From the NCBI GenBank assembly GCA_965223705.1, contig OZ245015.1:4416001-4480000 (forward strand): a stretch of DNA of 64,000 bases, written 5' to 3'. Made by a program: the position numbers and the translations under genes. Position 1 is the first letter of the stretch. The number at the start of each line of letters is the position of its first letter. A model generated the notes under the pieces. That model did no database searches. It was not told the origin of the DNA and saw nothing but the letters and a program-made list of their open reading frames with translations. This DNA is from Myxococcota bacterium. GTDB lineage: Bacteria; Myxococcota_A; UBA9160; UBA6930. Positions 9,827 to 19,463 of the stretch are shown piece after piece.

Positions 9827-11532
9827 CGCACCCCCAGTGATTCGCCGCGCGGTTGTCGCCACCACGGGTTGCCAAGCGAGCGCTCTTTCCGAATGGCGTC
9901 CAGATCGGCCAAGCGGCGATCGATGTCGTCTCGAATCTCCGTGATTTGCGGCGGATCGAGGATCCGCGGCGTCAGGAAGATCACGAGCTCCGTGCGACGC
10001 TCCTCGGTGTTCTGGCCCTTGAACAAGTTGCCGACGACCGGCAGATCTCCCACAAAGGGGACACGGCGCTCCTGTTCGAATTCTTTGCTCTGCACCAGGC
10101 CGCCCAGAACGACCGTCCCTCCGTTGCGAACTCGGAGAACGGTGTCGACCTCTCGGAGGTCGATCACGGGCAAGCTGCCCACCTGAGGAAGGGAAGGATC
10201 GCTCGTCGGTTGGAGCTCGACCGAAACGATCTCGGAAAAGCTCGGGTGGATGTGCAGTGTGATCTCTTCGTCTTCGGCGACTTGTGGCGTGACGTCGAGC
10301 GTCACGCCGACGGGAACGATGGTCGGTACGAACTCCACGGTCTGCGTAGTACCTACGGCTTCGACGACCTCGGTCTCGACTTCCGCGACGAAGAACACCT
10401 CGTTCCTCACGACCTTGATGAGCGCTTTGTGGTTGTTGAGTGTCGTCACCCTCGGTGTGGAGACGATCCGCACGTCGGTCTGCAAGGCGATCGCTTGGAG
10501 TACCACCCCCAGGTCGTCTCGTGCGACGCCGAACGAAATCCCGCCCTGGGTCAATACCGGAGCGAAGGCCTGGGTGATGGTCGCTTCGCGCAGTCCGGTG
10601 GTGATGCCCCTCGCGAAGACGCCGTTCGTACTGCTGCCGTAGTTCGGAGAAACCTCGAAGTCCGTGCCCAGATCGAGCTCATCCTCGAGCGTAATCTCGA
10701 TGATCTGCGCGTCGATCAGCACTTGTTGACGCTGGGAGTCGACGACTTGCCGGAGGTATCGATGGACATCGTCGAGCATTTCGCTTGCTGCCGTGACAAC
10801 CACCAAGCCCGACTGCCGCGCGACGACGACCCGACGCGGCTGCGCGCCGTCCTCTTCGTCACCGGCTGCAGGATCCGTCGTGGCTTCAGGATCGCCAAAC
10901 ACGAGCGCGCGGAGGCTCGTTTCAATCTCGTTCCACAGATCGACGGTCTGCGTCGTGGAAAGCGCCAGCGCACTCGAGTCGTCCTCGGATCCCGAGGAGT
11001 TCTCCTGACCGATGTCGACGGCCGCGCCGATGAAGCCCGAAAGCGTTAAGTCCGAGGTGCCCGTACGGGCGTGGTTCGGATAGTCGATGCGCCAGGTCCG
11101 CGTCTCGCGCCGGGGTCGGAAGACCCGCAGGACGTTGTCCTTCACGCGGTAGCGATATCCCATCGGAGTGACCACTTCGTCGAGGATCTGAAGTAGGGAG
11201 ACCTCATCGAGATCTGCAGTAACCGTTCCCGTCACGTCCGGGTCGACGACGAGGTTGAGCGGGCTCTGCTTGCCGAGTCCGATCAACAACGAGCGAACTT
11301 CAGCCGCTTCGAGATCCAGGGTGAAGCGAGAAGATTCGAGGAACCGCACCACCGCGGGCCGCGGGGCATCGTCCGGAATGGACACGCTCCGAGCTTCGAG
11401 ATCGGGAGCCGGTAGCTTCGCCTGTGGGGTATCGCTCCTCGGCGCCGGAAGCGGCGCGGGGGAACCGGCGCATCCGAACGCGAGAGCGGTGACGAGGACG
11501 AGCCCCCTCGCTCTAGTCAAGTGATGAATCAT
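9823..11532 (-). CDS. Outer-membrane secretin, MshL-type lipoprotein
   Basis: Lipobox LAFGC; STN domain (NLVVDPDVTGTVT); TRTWRIDY MshL-like N2 domain; secretin C domain (STPRVTTLNN, GVTLDVTPQ, VPFVGDLPVVGNLFK, ELVIFLTPRI). Confidence 0.9.
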   Translation of the reverse strand: MIHHLTRARGLVLVTALAFGCAGSPAPLPAPRSDTPQAKLPAPDLEARSVSIPDDAPRPAVVRFLESSRFTLDLEAAEVRSLLIGLGKQSPLNLVVDPDVTGTVTADLDEVSLLQILDEVVTPMGYRYRVKDNVLRVFRPRRETRTWRIDYPNHARTGTSDLTLSGFIGAAVDIGQENSSGSEDDSSALALSTTQTVDLWNEIETSLRALVFGDPEATTDPAAGDEEDGAQPRRVVVARQSGLVVVTAASEMLDDVHRYLRQVVDSQRQQVLIDAQIIEITLEDELDLGTDFEVSPNYGSSTNGVFARGITTGLREATITQAFAPVLTQGGISFGVARDDLGVVLQAIALQTDVRIVSTPRVTTLNNHKALIKVVRNEVFFVAEVETEVVEAVGTTQTVEFVPTIVPVGVTLDVTPQVAEDEEITLHIHPSFSEIVSVELQPTSDPSLPQVGSLPVIDLREVDTVLRVRNGGTVVLGGLVQSKEFEQERRVPFVGDLPVVGNLFKGQNTEERRTELVIFLTPRILDPPQITEIRDDIDRRLADLDAIRKERSLGNPWWRQPRGESLGVR

Positions 11533-12049
11533 TCCGTTCCTCCGAACCCTCGCTCGGCTCGTTCGCCAGGCTTCCTACGGTCTCCACGGATTCGCCGAGT
11601 TCGACCCGGAACGTGGGGATTCCGGGGGCCTCGAGGTCAATCCATGCCGGCCCGATGGCCGAAATCCGGTAGCCCCCGATCGGACTTCCTTCGGTCCTGC
11701 TCACGCCGTCGAGCCAAGCGATGCGGCGCTCCCTCCCGACCAACGTGCCGTCGAGGATCAAAGCCTGGTTCGCGTCCACCACCCCGGGGAGCGGCGCGTC
11801 GACCGCGACCATGCCGAAGGGATTCCGGTCGACGACTCCCAGACCCGCGAGGTATCGATCGAGGTTCTCGGGGAGAACCGCTCGCATCTCCCCGTCTGAG
11901 ACGTCTTCGTCGTACGGCTCGCCGCCGTCGCCCTCATCGAAGTACGCGACTGCGGGAGAGAGAGCGTTCTCGCGAAAGAAGCGCCAGTTCTGGTAGCCGA
12001 CCGCGACGACAGCGACCGCCAGGATCGGGACGACGACGCGAAGGTTCAT
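11513..12049 (-). CDS. Pilus/secretion assembly protein, MshK/PilP/GspC-like
   Basis: N-terminal TM, RNPF motif, LILDGTLVG...IAWLDG...EGSPIGGYRISAI; lies directly upstream of the secretin. Confidence 0.6.
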   Translation of the reverse strand: MNLRVVVPILAVAVVAVGYQNWRFFRENALSPAVAYFDEGDGGEPYDEDVSDGEMRAVLPENLDRYLAGLGVVDRNPFGMVAVDAPLPGVVDANQALILDGTLVGRERRIAWLDGVSRTEGSPIGGYRISAIGPAWIDLEAPGIPTFRVELGESVETVGSLANEPSEGSEERNDSSLD

Positions 12050-12645
12050 GACGGCGGCGCTCCCCGGATGAACCAAGCGAGCTCGAGCAACACCGCGAGT
12101 CCGGTGTTTGTTCGCTTGACTTCAAAGCGATCGATTCGAGCCGGGGTTCCCTCGTCGACGATTCGCGACAGCATTCGGTGGACCCCGTGGTACGTCGTTT
12201 CAAACCGCGCGCGAAGGTGGGTCTCGACAACCTCGAGCTGCTCTTCGCCGGATGGCGACTCAAACGTCGTCCGCGACGGTTCGCGTCCGGCGGGCGCCGC
12301 GATCGGTTCCACGACCAGGCCCTCGACTTCCGGTGCAGAGAGGTGCTTCGCAACCAACACGATCTGTTCCGGTTCGTTGTCGGCGCGTATGAAACGTCGA
12401 GAGAAAGCGGCCCATCGCCGGTGGAGCTCCTGTGCCTCCTCGCGAACAAGAGGTGCGTTGGCGCGTTGAACTTCGGACCAGCGGGCTTCTCGGCGTTCGA
12501 CTTCTGCCAGCGAGCCGCGCAGGGCCCGAACGCGTTCTCGACCGGTGCCGAGAACGACGGCCACAAGGAGAGCCGCCATTCCGACGACGGCGAGGGACAA
12601 CACGAGGTTCCATCCGGTGAGGTACGTCGAGCGAAGCTCACTCAT
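12046..12645 (-). CDS. PilO/GspM/MshJ-like inner-membrane alignment protein
   Basis: Single N-terminal TM, coiled coil and ferredoxin-like C domain (FETTYHGVHRML); operon position. Confidence 0.6.
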   Translation of the reverse strand: MSELRSTYLTGWNLVLSLAVVGMAALLVAVVLGTGRERVRALRGSLAEVERREARWSEVQRANAPLVREEAQELHRRWAAFSRRFIRADNEPEQIVLVAKHLSAPEVEGLVVEPIAAPAGREPSRTTFESPSGEEQLEVVETHLRARFETTYHGVHRMLSRIVDEGTPARIDRFEVKRTNTGLAVLLELAWFIRGAPPS

Positions 12646-14269
12646 GACCGACCTCCGCTACGGGTGCGAGCCTCGCGCTCACCATAAACAGCGTGCTCAC
12701 GACGTCGGAGTCACCCTCCGAGCTCTGTTCCTGGCGAACGTCGTCGACGGCGACAAAGGGCGCTGCGCGAAGATCTTCGATGAACCGCGACACCTGCCCG
12801 GCGGCTTCCGAGATGTTCGGTGCTTCGGAGCGAAGCGAGAGAACCGCGCGAAACCCCCCGTCGCGCTGGACGATCTCGAGGCGTCTCACTTCGGCGCGCT
12901 CGGGAAGAAGCGCCGCGACGGTGTGCAGCAACCCGCGGAAAGGCGGAGCCTCTCGGCGCAACCGTTCGAGCCCGCGAGAGACGATTTCTGCGCGGCTCCG
13001 AGTCGCGAGCCCCTCCTCGATCGCGCGCCTCGATCCCGCACCGGCCATCCACGAGTCTTCGGCGATCGCGATCTTCCGGTTCAGGCCGTGTTCCTGGCCG
13101 ACTCGAACCCCGACACCGATGACGAGCACCGCGAGGAGAGACGCGGCGAGCCGCAATAGGCGCTTCCGCGCGTCGCCGCTTCGGACGCGCAACGCGCGGT
13201 ATTCGGGCAACAACTGCGTGCCCGGGTCTCGGACAAGCAGCGCTCCGAGGGCGACGCCCGTCTCATTCGGAATCTCGTGCCCCAGTGTTTCGCGAAGGAC
13301 GCTGCGAAGGTCGAGCGCGGCATGTCCGAGCCGCTCGGCGAGTGCGTGAAGCGAGTTCCCGAGGCGATCGACGTCGCCGCACAGTACGGTCCGCTGAATC
13401 TGACCCAGAGACAGCTCCGTTTCGACGTAGCGGATCGTGCGTTGAATCTCCGTCGCGAGCCGCTCGATCTCGAGTGCTTCCCGCTCGAGCGGATCGAGCT
13501 CTTCTGAAGGCTCGCCCGCATCGGCGTCCGAAAAGAGGGCGTTGGGCTCGTCGTATACGGGCGTGGAGGTCTGCTGCGCTTCGGGCGATCGCACCATCCG
13601 GTCGCCCATGAACTTGTGCTTCACTTCGCGGCTGAACAGCCACCCATGGTTGTCGACGACCACGCACGTTCCGACGTCGCGTTCGAGATCGAAGATCGCG
13701 GTCAACGCACCTTCCGGTGAGGCTGGCAAAAGCCGGGTCAGATTGGCGATCGCGAGGTGGCGACTGCCGATGGTCACCAGCGGGAGGCCACTCTCCGCGA
13801 ACTCTTCCGCGAGCTCCTCGGCGAGTTCTTTCGGCGCTGTGGCGAGCCACGCGTGTCCGCCCTTGCGACGCACCTCGAGGTCGATGGCCCCGAGGCGATC
13901 GTCGCTCTCGGCGGCGATCATCCCCCGCAACTTGCGGGCCGCGATGCCCGCCGCCGCACGTTTCGCTGTTGCCGGAGGCAGATCGACCCGCTGATGCTGC
14001 ACCGATGGCGAGCGCAGTGTCGCTCCCAAGCGCCGACCGGACGCGACGCGCGACGCTTCGAACCGTGCGAGCGCCTCTCGGCCGGAAAGCTCCTCGACGG
14101 TTTCGCAGCAACCCCACGCGACCGGGCGCGATCCCGACCGCGTCCTCACACCCTCGACCCAGAAAACGCCGCGTTCGCGTACGTCGACGTGCAGTTCCCG
14201 GCGGATTCCGAAGAGCGCCCACAAGTTTCGTCCGGCGACGCGAAGGTGTCGTTCGATTCGCGTCGTCAT
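12638..14269 (-). CDS. PilM-PilN fusion (GspL/MshI-like) platform protein
   Basis: Actin-like cytoplasmic part (ERLATEIQRTIRY, TVLCGD, ALGALL), QLLP motif, TM, periplasmic PilN-like part (VSRFIEDLRAAPFV). Confidence 0.7.
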   Translation of the reverse strand: MTTRIERHLRVAGRNLWALFGIRRELHVDVRERGVFWVEGVRTRSGSRPVAWGCCETVEELSGREALARFEASRVASGRRLGATLRSPSVQHQRVDLPPATAKRAAAGIAARKLRGMIAAESDDRLGAIDLEVRRKGGHAWLATAPKELAEELAEEFAESGLPLVTIGSRHLAIANLTRLLPASPEGALTAIFDLERDVGTCVVVDNHGWLFSREVKHKFMGDRMVRSPEAQQTSTPVYDEPNALFSDADAGEPSEELDPLEREALEIERLATEIQRTIRYVETELSLGQIQRTVLCGDVDRLGNSLHALAERLGHAALDLRSVLRETLGHEIPNETGVALGALLVRDPGTQLLPEYRALRVRSGDARKRLLRLAASLLAVLVIGVGVRVGQEHGLNRKIAIAEDSWMAGAGSRRAIEEGLATRSRAEIVSRGLERLRREAPPFRGLLHTVAALLPERAEVRRLEIVQRDGGFRAVLSLRSEAPNISEAAGQVSRFIEDLRAAPFVAVDDVRQEQSSEGDSDVVSTLFMVSARLAPVAEVGHE

Positions 14270-15024
14270 GGCTGCACCAAGGTGATGGCGTGCGCCACCT
14301 GACGACCGCGGAGGGTCAGGACATCGCGCGACTCGGCTCCCGCGTAGCTGCCGATACCGAGGGCACGGACGCCGTGCGCACCGAGGTGGACTCCGGTCGC
14401 GGTGAATGGCCCATTTCCGGCGAGCGCTGCTTCTGAACGCACTCCGTTCACGGCCGATGTGAGAAATACCGTGACGCGAGTGCTGTCGAGCAGCTCCGGA
14501 GGACCGCCGCTGTTCGGGATGCCGGTGACGGTGACGGCCACGTCGCCTTGGGTCGCCGGGGCGTTCGCCGGAAAGATCAAGTCGTCGCCCGTCCCGAACG
14601 TTCGGTCACGCCCGGCGCTCGAGACCTGCGCGATGCCCGTGTATCGATAGGGCGTACTCCAAGCGTCGACGTACACGCCGGCTTGGTCCCGCAGGAGCGG
14701 CGCGTATGGGCCGCCCCAGCCGTAGCCGACGCCATCCGCAGCGTTCCAAGTGAATGCCGGGAGACCCGCGAGCTGATTGAGGTCGGCGAGCGCTGTCGGC
14801 AAGCGGCCGACGTCCGCCACGTAACCGAATGAGCTTTCCGCCGGATCTCCGCGCATGGCGTGCACGAACTGTCGAAGCTCGGCGACGGTCCGCCGCTCGT
14901 GTTGTCTTGCGATATCGCGAAGCACCATGGGCGCAGCAGCGCCCGCAAGCAGTGAGACGAGCGTCAACACGACGATGATCTCGATCAACGAGAAGCCCGC
15001 GTCTCTTCGCCTACTGAGACGCAT
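14266..15024 (-). CDS. Type IV (pseudo)pilin, GspG-like with C-terminal extension
   Basis: RRDAG|FSLIEIIVV, DVGRLP, GWGGPY, DAWSTPY, SAGRDRTFGTGDDL, plus ~100-aa beta-rich tail. Confidence 0.85.
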   Translation of the reverse strand: MRLSRRRDAGFSLIEIIVVLTLVSLLAGAAAPMVLRDIARQHERRTVAELRQFVHAMRGDPAESSFGYVADVGRLPTALADLNQLAGLPAFTWNAADGVGYGWGGPYAPLLRDQAGVYVDAWSTPYRYTGIAQVSSAGRDRTFGTGDDLIFPANAPATQGDVAVTVTGIPNSGGPPELLDSTRVTVFLTSAVNGVRSEAALAGNGPFTATGVHLGAHGVRALGIGSYAGAESRDVLTLRGRQVAHAITLVQP

Positions 15025-16207
15025 GGTTGAGACTCCCCATCATGCGGTAGAGGGGTACGAAGACCGCGAGCGCGATGCTTCCCAGCGTGGTTCCCAATAG
15101 AACGATCACTGCGGTGTTGACCACCGCGATCATGCGGTCGATGACGGTGGGCACCTCGCGGTCGTAGTAGTCCGCGACGTGGTCGAGGGATTCGCGAAGC
15201 TTCCCGGTGGTTTCTCCGACGGAGACCATGCGGACGACCATGCGCGGGAGCAGGGCATCGCGGCGCAAGGCGTCCGCCAAGGTGGCGCCTCGCGCGACGT
15301 CCTCCCGCGCCGCCGTGACCGACTGCCGGATGATTCGGTTTTGCACCGACGGCTCGATCAGCTCGAAACAGCGCACGATCTGGATGCCCGAGGCATAGAG
15401 CAGCCCCAAGTTATGCGAGAGTCGGGCGATCTCGATCATGAACAACAGCTGTCCGACAACGGGAATTCGCAGGAGTGTCCGGTGAAAGACGAGACGCCCC
15501 TGGTTGGTTCGCGTGTAGAGGAAGGCGCAAGCGACGAGAGAGGCGAGCAAGACAAGGCCGTGGAGCCACCAGTCCTGGGTCAGTTGCTGTCCGGCAAGAA
15601 GAGCTCTCGTTGCGGCGGGAAGCTCGACGCCGAGCTCGACGAAAATCGCCAAGAATTTCGGGAGAACGACCGTCGCCAAAAGAACGATCAGTCCGATCAA
15701 GCCGGCGACGACCAGGCACGGGTACGCTGCAGCGCTGACGATTTTTCGACGCAGGTCTTCGCGCCACTGGAAGTACTGGGTCAGGTCGCGAAACACCTCG
15801 GCGAGGCGGCCCGTCTCCTCGCCGGCCGCGACCAGCGAGCGCATCAGGTCGGGAAAGATCGCCGGGTATTCCCCCAGTGCGACGGATAGCGACGCGCCTC
15901 CCTCGACACGCGCGGCGATGTTCTCGAGCGCGTGCGCCAGGGGGCTCTGCCCTTCATCTTGCAGATCGCGCAGTCCCGCCAGGATCGGGACTCCGGCCTC
16001 GACGATCGTCGCCATGTGAAAGCAGAAGTCGACGAGGCCCCGCGCTCTCAAGCTCCGACCTTTGCGCACAGCGACCTGGGACGAGCGAACCAAGAACAGC
16101 TCTCGGTCGGCGAGCAGCCGGTCGAGCACGAACTCGTCCGCGGCGACCTCCGTGCCTCGCACGAGCGCTCCGTCTCCCGTGCGCGCTTGATACGCAAAGC
16201 GCGGCAT
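15011..16207 (-). CDS. Type II secretion/T4P inner-membrane platform protein (GspF/PilC/MshG family)
   Basis: MPRFAYQAR, AGEETGRL, YPCLVV, VGETTGKL, AVFVPLY. Confidence 0.93.
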   Translation of the reverse strand: MPRFAYQARTGDGALVRGTEVAADEFVLDRLLADRELFLVRSSQVAVRKGRSLRARGLVDFCFHMATIVEAGVPILAGLRDLQDEGQSPLAHALENIAARVEGGASLSVALGEYPAIFPDLMRSLVAAGEETGRLAEVFRDLTQYFQWREDLRRKIVSAAAYPCLVVAGLIGLIVLLATVVLPKFLAIFVELGVELPAATRALLAGQQLTQDWWLHGLVLLASLVACAFLYTRTNQGRLVFHRTLLRIPVVGQLLFMIEIARLSHNLGLLYASGIQIVRCFELIEPSVQNRIIRQSVTAAREDVARGATLADALRRDALLPRMVVRMVSVGETTGKLRESLDHVADYYDREVPTVIDRMIAVVNTAVIVLLGTTLGSIALAVFVPLYRMMGSLNHASQ

Positions 16208-17877
16208 CAGAATTCCGCCGTGACCCGGGCGACTTCGGCGAGACTGATCTCACCCGATCGCGCCCGTTCGATCGCCGCTTCGCGAAAACTCGTCATGCCC
16301 TCTTCGCGGGCGAGCTCTTCGATTTCGTCGACCGGCGCTCTCCGACCGATCATGCTCGAGACCGCCGGGGTGACTTCGAGCACTTCGAAGAGCGCTTCGC
16401 GACCTCGCATCCCCGTGCCGTGACAACGATCGCACCCCTTGCCGCGGCTAAACGGCCCAGCCGTTCCCGGCCGAAGGCCCACCGACGCGATCTCTTCGGG
16501 CGTCGGCTCGTAGGTGTCTCGACAGTGACTGCAGTTCTTCCGCACGAGGCGCTGAGCCGCGACAACGGACAAACAGCTCGCCACGAGGAACGGATCGATC
16601 CCCATGTCGAGGAGCCTCGAGATCGTGCGAATGGCGTCGTTGGTGTGAATGCTCGAAAAAACCAGGTGACCGGTGAGGGCGGCGCGAACGGCCATCGTTG
16701 CGGTTTCGGTGTCGCGCATCTCGCCGACCAACACGACGTCCGGGTCGTGTCGGAGAATGGACCGCAGACCCGACGCGAAGGTGAGACCCGCCTTCGTGTT
16801 GATCTGGCACTGCGTCACCATGGGAAGGTCGTACTCGGCGGGGTCTTCGAGCGTGATGATCTTGCGGCGGGTCGCGTCGACTTCTCGGATCGTCGCGAAA
16901 AGAGTCGTGGTCTTTCCAGAGCCGGTCGGCCCGGCGGCGAGAACGAGCCCGTTGGGGCGTCCCGCGGCTCTTCGCAGAATCTCCCGCTCGCGCTCGGCGA
17001 GCCCGATCGCTTCGAGGGAAAACACCTGGCGATTCTTGTCGAGGATCCGAATGACGACGCTCTCACCGTCGACGGAAGGAAAGGTCGACACGCGGAGGTC
17101 GACGACTCGTTGATCGATCTCGAAGCGAATCTTCCCGTCTTGGGGAACGCGCGTCTCTGAAATGTCGAGGCCGGCGATGACCTTCGCGCGGGCGACGACT
17201 GAGCCGTGCAAGCTCTTCCGGAGACTCGCGCCCTGGGTCAGCTCACCGTCGATACGGAAACGCACGCGCACCACACGGCGGTCGGGTTCGAGATGCAGAT
17301 CGGTCGCGTCTCGTCGGACCGCGGCCGCGATGAGTGCCTCGACGAGGGCGATGACCCCGCCTCGATTCTCCGGATTCTCGTGTTGCTCGACTTCCGCCAA
17401 GGCGCGCTGAATGACTTCGTCGAACGCCGACTCGCGACGCGCCGGGTCGCCGTAAGCGGTGTCGATCGCCGTCAGGAGTTGGCGATGACTCGCCGAGATC
17501 ACGCGGACGAAGAGGTGGGTTTGGTTCTGGACCTCGTCGATCGCGACGATATCGGTGGGGTTCGACATCGCGATCACGAGGTTGTCGCCTTCGACGCGGA
17601 GGGGCAGAACGTGAAGCCGCCGCGCCATGCGCTCTTCGACGAGTTCGAGCGCGCGGCTGTCCATTTCCTCTCGGTCGAGATCGGTGTGGTCGACGCCCGA
17701 TTGGGAGGCCAGCGATCGGCTGATCTCCTCCTCCGTGGTAAAGCCCAACTCGGCGAGAATCTCGCCGAGGCGACCGCCGACCTTGCGCTGCTCCGCTAGG
17801 GCAATCGAGAGCTGTTGCTCGTCGACGACACCGGCGTCGACGAGGATTTCACCGAGTTTGCGGGCCACCCTGGGCAA
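16207..17877 (-). CDS. Assembly ATPase, GspE/PilB/MshE family, with MshEN domain
   Basis: KLGEIL...RLGEIL MshEN repeats, Walker A GPTGSGKT, LRHDPDVVLVGEMRD, CxxC...CxxC zinc motif. Confidence 0.95.
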   Translation of the reverse strand: MPRVARKLGEILVDAGVVDEQQLSIALAEQRKVGGRLGEILAELGFTTEEEISRSLASQSGVDHTDLDREEMDSRALELVEERMARRLHVLPLRVEGDNLVIAMSNPTDIVAIDEVQNQTHLFVRVISASHRQLLTAIDTAYGDPARRESAFDEVIQRALAEVEQHENPENRGGVIALVEALIAAAVRRDATDLHLEPDRRVVRVRFRIDGELTQGASLRKSLHGSVVARAKVIAGLDISETRVPQDGKIRFEIDQRVVDLRVSTFPSVDGESVVIRILDKNRQVFSLEAIGLAEREREILRRAAGRPNGLVLAAGPTGSGKTTTLFATIREVDATRRKIITLEDPAEYDLPMVTQCQINTKAGLTFASGLRSILRHDPDVVLVGEMRDTETATMAVRAALTGHLVFSSIHTNDAIRTISRLLDMGIDPFLVASCLSVVAAQRLVRKNCSHCRDTYEPTPEEIASVGLRPGTAGPFSRGKGCDRCHGTGMRGREALFEVLEVTPAVSSMIGRRAPVDEIEELAREEGMTSFREAAIERARSGEISLAEVARVTAEF

Positions 17878-18095
17878 ATCGGAGGATCGCGAGTTCCGCT
17901 AAAGGTGAAACTTTCTGGTAGGTTACGGACTGGGATGTGTGTTTTTTGCCTCGCCACGGAGCACGATCTGCCGGTGCGTGAGTCAAGTCACCGACGATGC
18001 CCACACCCAGGCTCGAATCTTTAGGGACCCGGGCGCGTCAGACGACCCATAGGCCAGATCCCCCATCTGACCGCGACTCGAAGGAGGCTTCCGAA

Positions 18096-18521
18096 ATGAA
18101 ACAACGGAACGGAACCAACCGAATCAGGGATCTGTGGATTGGTTTGTTTGCCGGAGCGCTCGCGCTCCTATGGGGAGGACCCGCTCTTGCGGGCGAGCGC
18201 GACCGGGGCCACGAGCGAACCTCGATCTACCTCGGGCAGGGTGGCGTCCACTTCGAGCATGCCGGCTACCTGGGTCGTTACCGGGACTACGGTCATCGGC
18301 ATCACTACCGGCGGCACGGACACCACGGGCACCACTACAAGAAACACGCTTATCGCGGACACCGCGGCTGGAAGCACCGGCACCACCGCAGCAGCTACCG
18401 CAATCACCACTACGACGACTACAGCTACCGGAAACATCGCCGCGATCATCGACGCTATCGGGGCTACGACTCGTGCCGCGAAGATCACGATCACCGCAGC
18501 CACCGGCGGCATCGCCACTAG
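18096..18521 (+). CDS. Exported His/Arg/Tyr-rich low-complexity protein
   Basis: SD AAGGAGG; signal peptide ending PALA; about 25 His in the ~110-aa mature part. Confidence 0.7.
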   Translation: MKQRNGTNRIRDLWIGLFAGALALLWGGPALAGERDRGHERTSIYLGQGGVHFEHAGYLGRYRDYGHRHHYRRHGHHGHHYKKHAYRGHRGWKHRHHRSSYRNHHYDDYSYRKHRRDHRRYRGYDSCREDHDHRSHRRHRH

Positions 18522-18590
18522 CGAGCCGGTTTTCGCATGAGGCGGCGGTCCCTTCGAGGGGCCGCCGCCGGCTTGCTAGCATCCTCTCGT

Positions 18591-19460
18591 ATGAGACGAT
18601 TTCGAGAGCGACTCGACGCTGGCAATTTCCTCATCACGTGTGAGTTCACACCGCCCAAAGGCACGGACCTCCGCGGGGTCTCGGAAAAGGCCTCGCTGCT
18701 CCGGGATCACGTCGACGCCGTCAATCTCACGGACTCGCATCGGGCCCTGATGACGATGGCTCCCGTCGGTGCCGCGCGCGCCCTTCTCGACCAAGGGGTC
18801 GCGCCCATCGTGCAGGTGACCGGACGCGATCGCAATCGGATCGCCATTCAGGCAGAGCTCCTGGCCGCGGCGAGCCTCGGCGTCGAGAACCTGCTTTGCA
18901 TGTCGGGAGACAATCCGGCGGCGGGCGACCACCCCGACGCGAAACCGGTCTTCGATCTCGAGGCGATCGGCTTGTTGCGCGCCATCGAAGCGCTGAACCA
19001 AGGTCGCGATCTCGGCGGCAAGGAATTGTCGGGAACGCCTTCTTTCTGCGCCGGTGCGGTCGCGAACCCCGGCGCCGACGATCTCGAGGGCGAACTCAAC
19101 CGTCTCGAGCAAAAACTAGCGGCGGGCGCGCGTTTCTTTCAGACGCAACCGGTCTTTGACATCGATCGCTACGAGGCCTTCGCCGCCCGGGCGGAAACTC
19201 TCGGTGCCGCGGTCATCCCGGGTGTGCTGCTGCTCAAGTCCGCGAAGATGGGACGCATGCTCAACGAGAATGTTCCGGGAATCTCCATCCCCGAAGCGAC
19301 TCTCAAGCGGCTCGAAACGACTTCGGATCGGCGCGCGACGAGTGTCGAGATCGCGGCGGAAGTCGTTGCCGCGCTGCGCCCGGTCGCGCGAGGCGTTCAC
19401 TTCATGGCCATCGGTTGGGAAAAGGAAATCCCGCGTGTGCTCGAAACGGCCGGCCTCTAG
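18591..19460 (+). CDS. metF: Methylenetetrahydrofolate reductase
   Basis: ITCEFTPPKG, DAVNLTD, TGRDRNRIAIQ, LCMSGD, GARFFQTQPVFD, GVHFMAIG. Confidence 0.88.
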   Translation: MRRFRERLDAGNFLITCEFTPPKGTDLRGVSEKASLLRDHVDAVNLTDSHRALMTMAPVGAARALLDQGVAPIVQVTGRDRNRIAIQAELLAAASLGVENLLCMSGDNPAAGDHPDAKPVFDLEAIGLLRAIEALNQGRDLGGKELSGTPSFCAGAVANPGADDLEGELNRLEQKLAAGARFFQTQPVFDIDRYEAFAARAETLGAAVIPGVLLLKSAKMGRMLNENVPGISIPEATLKRLETTSDRRATSVEIAAEVVAALRPVARGVHFMAIGWEKEIPRVLETAGL

Positions 19461-19463
19461 CGC

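Noticed and set aside
17878..18095. c-di-GMP riboswitch upstream of the pilus ATPase
   Set aside because: No GEMM-like GNRA tetraloop/receptor architecture recognised on either strand; only short imperfect stems.
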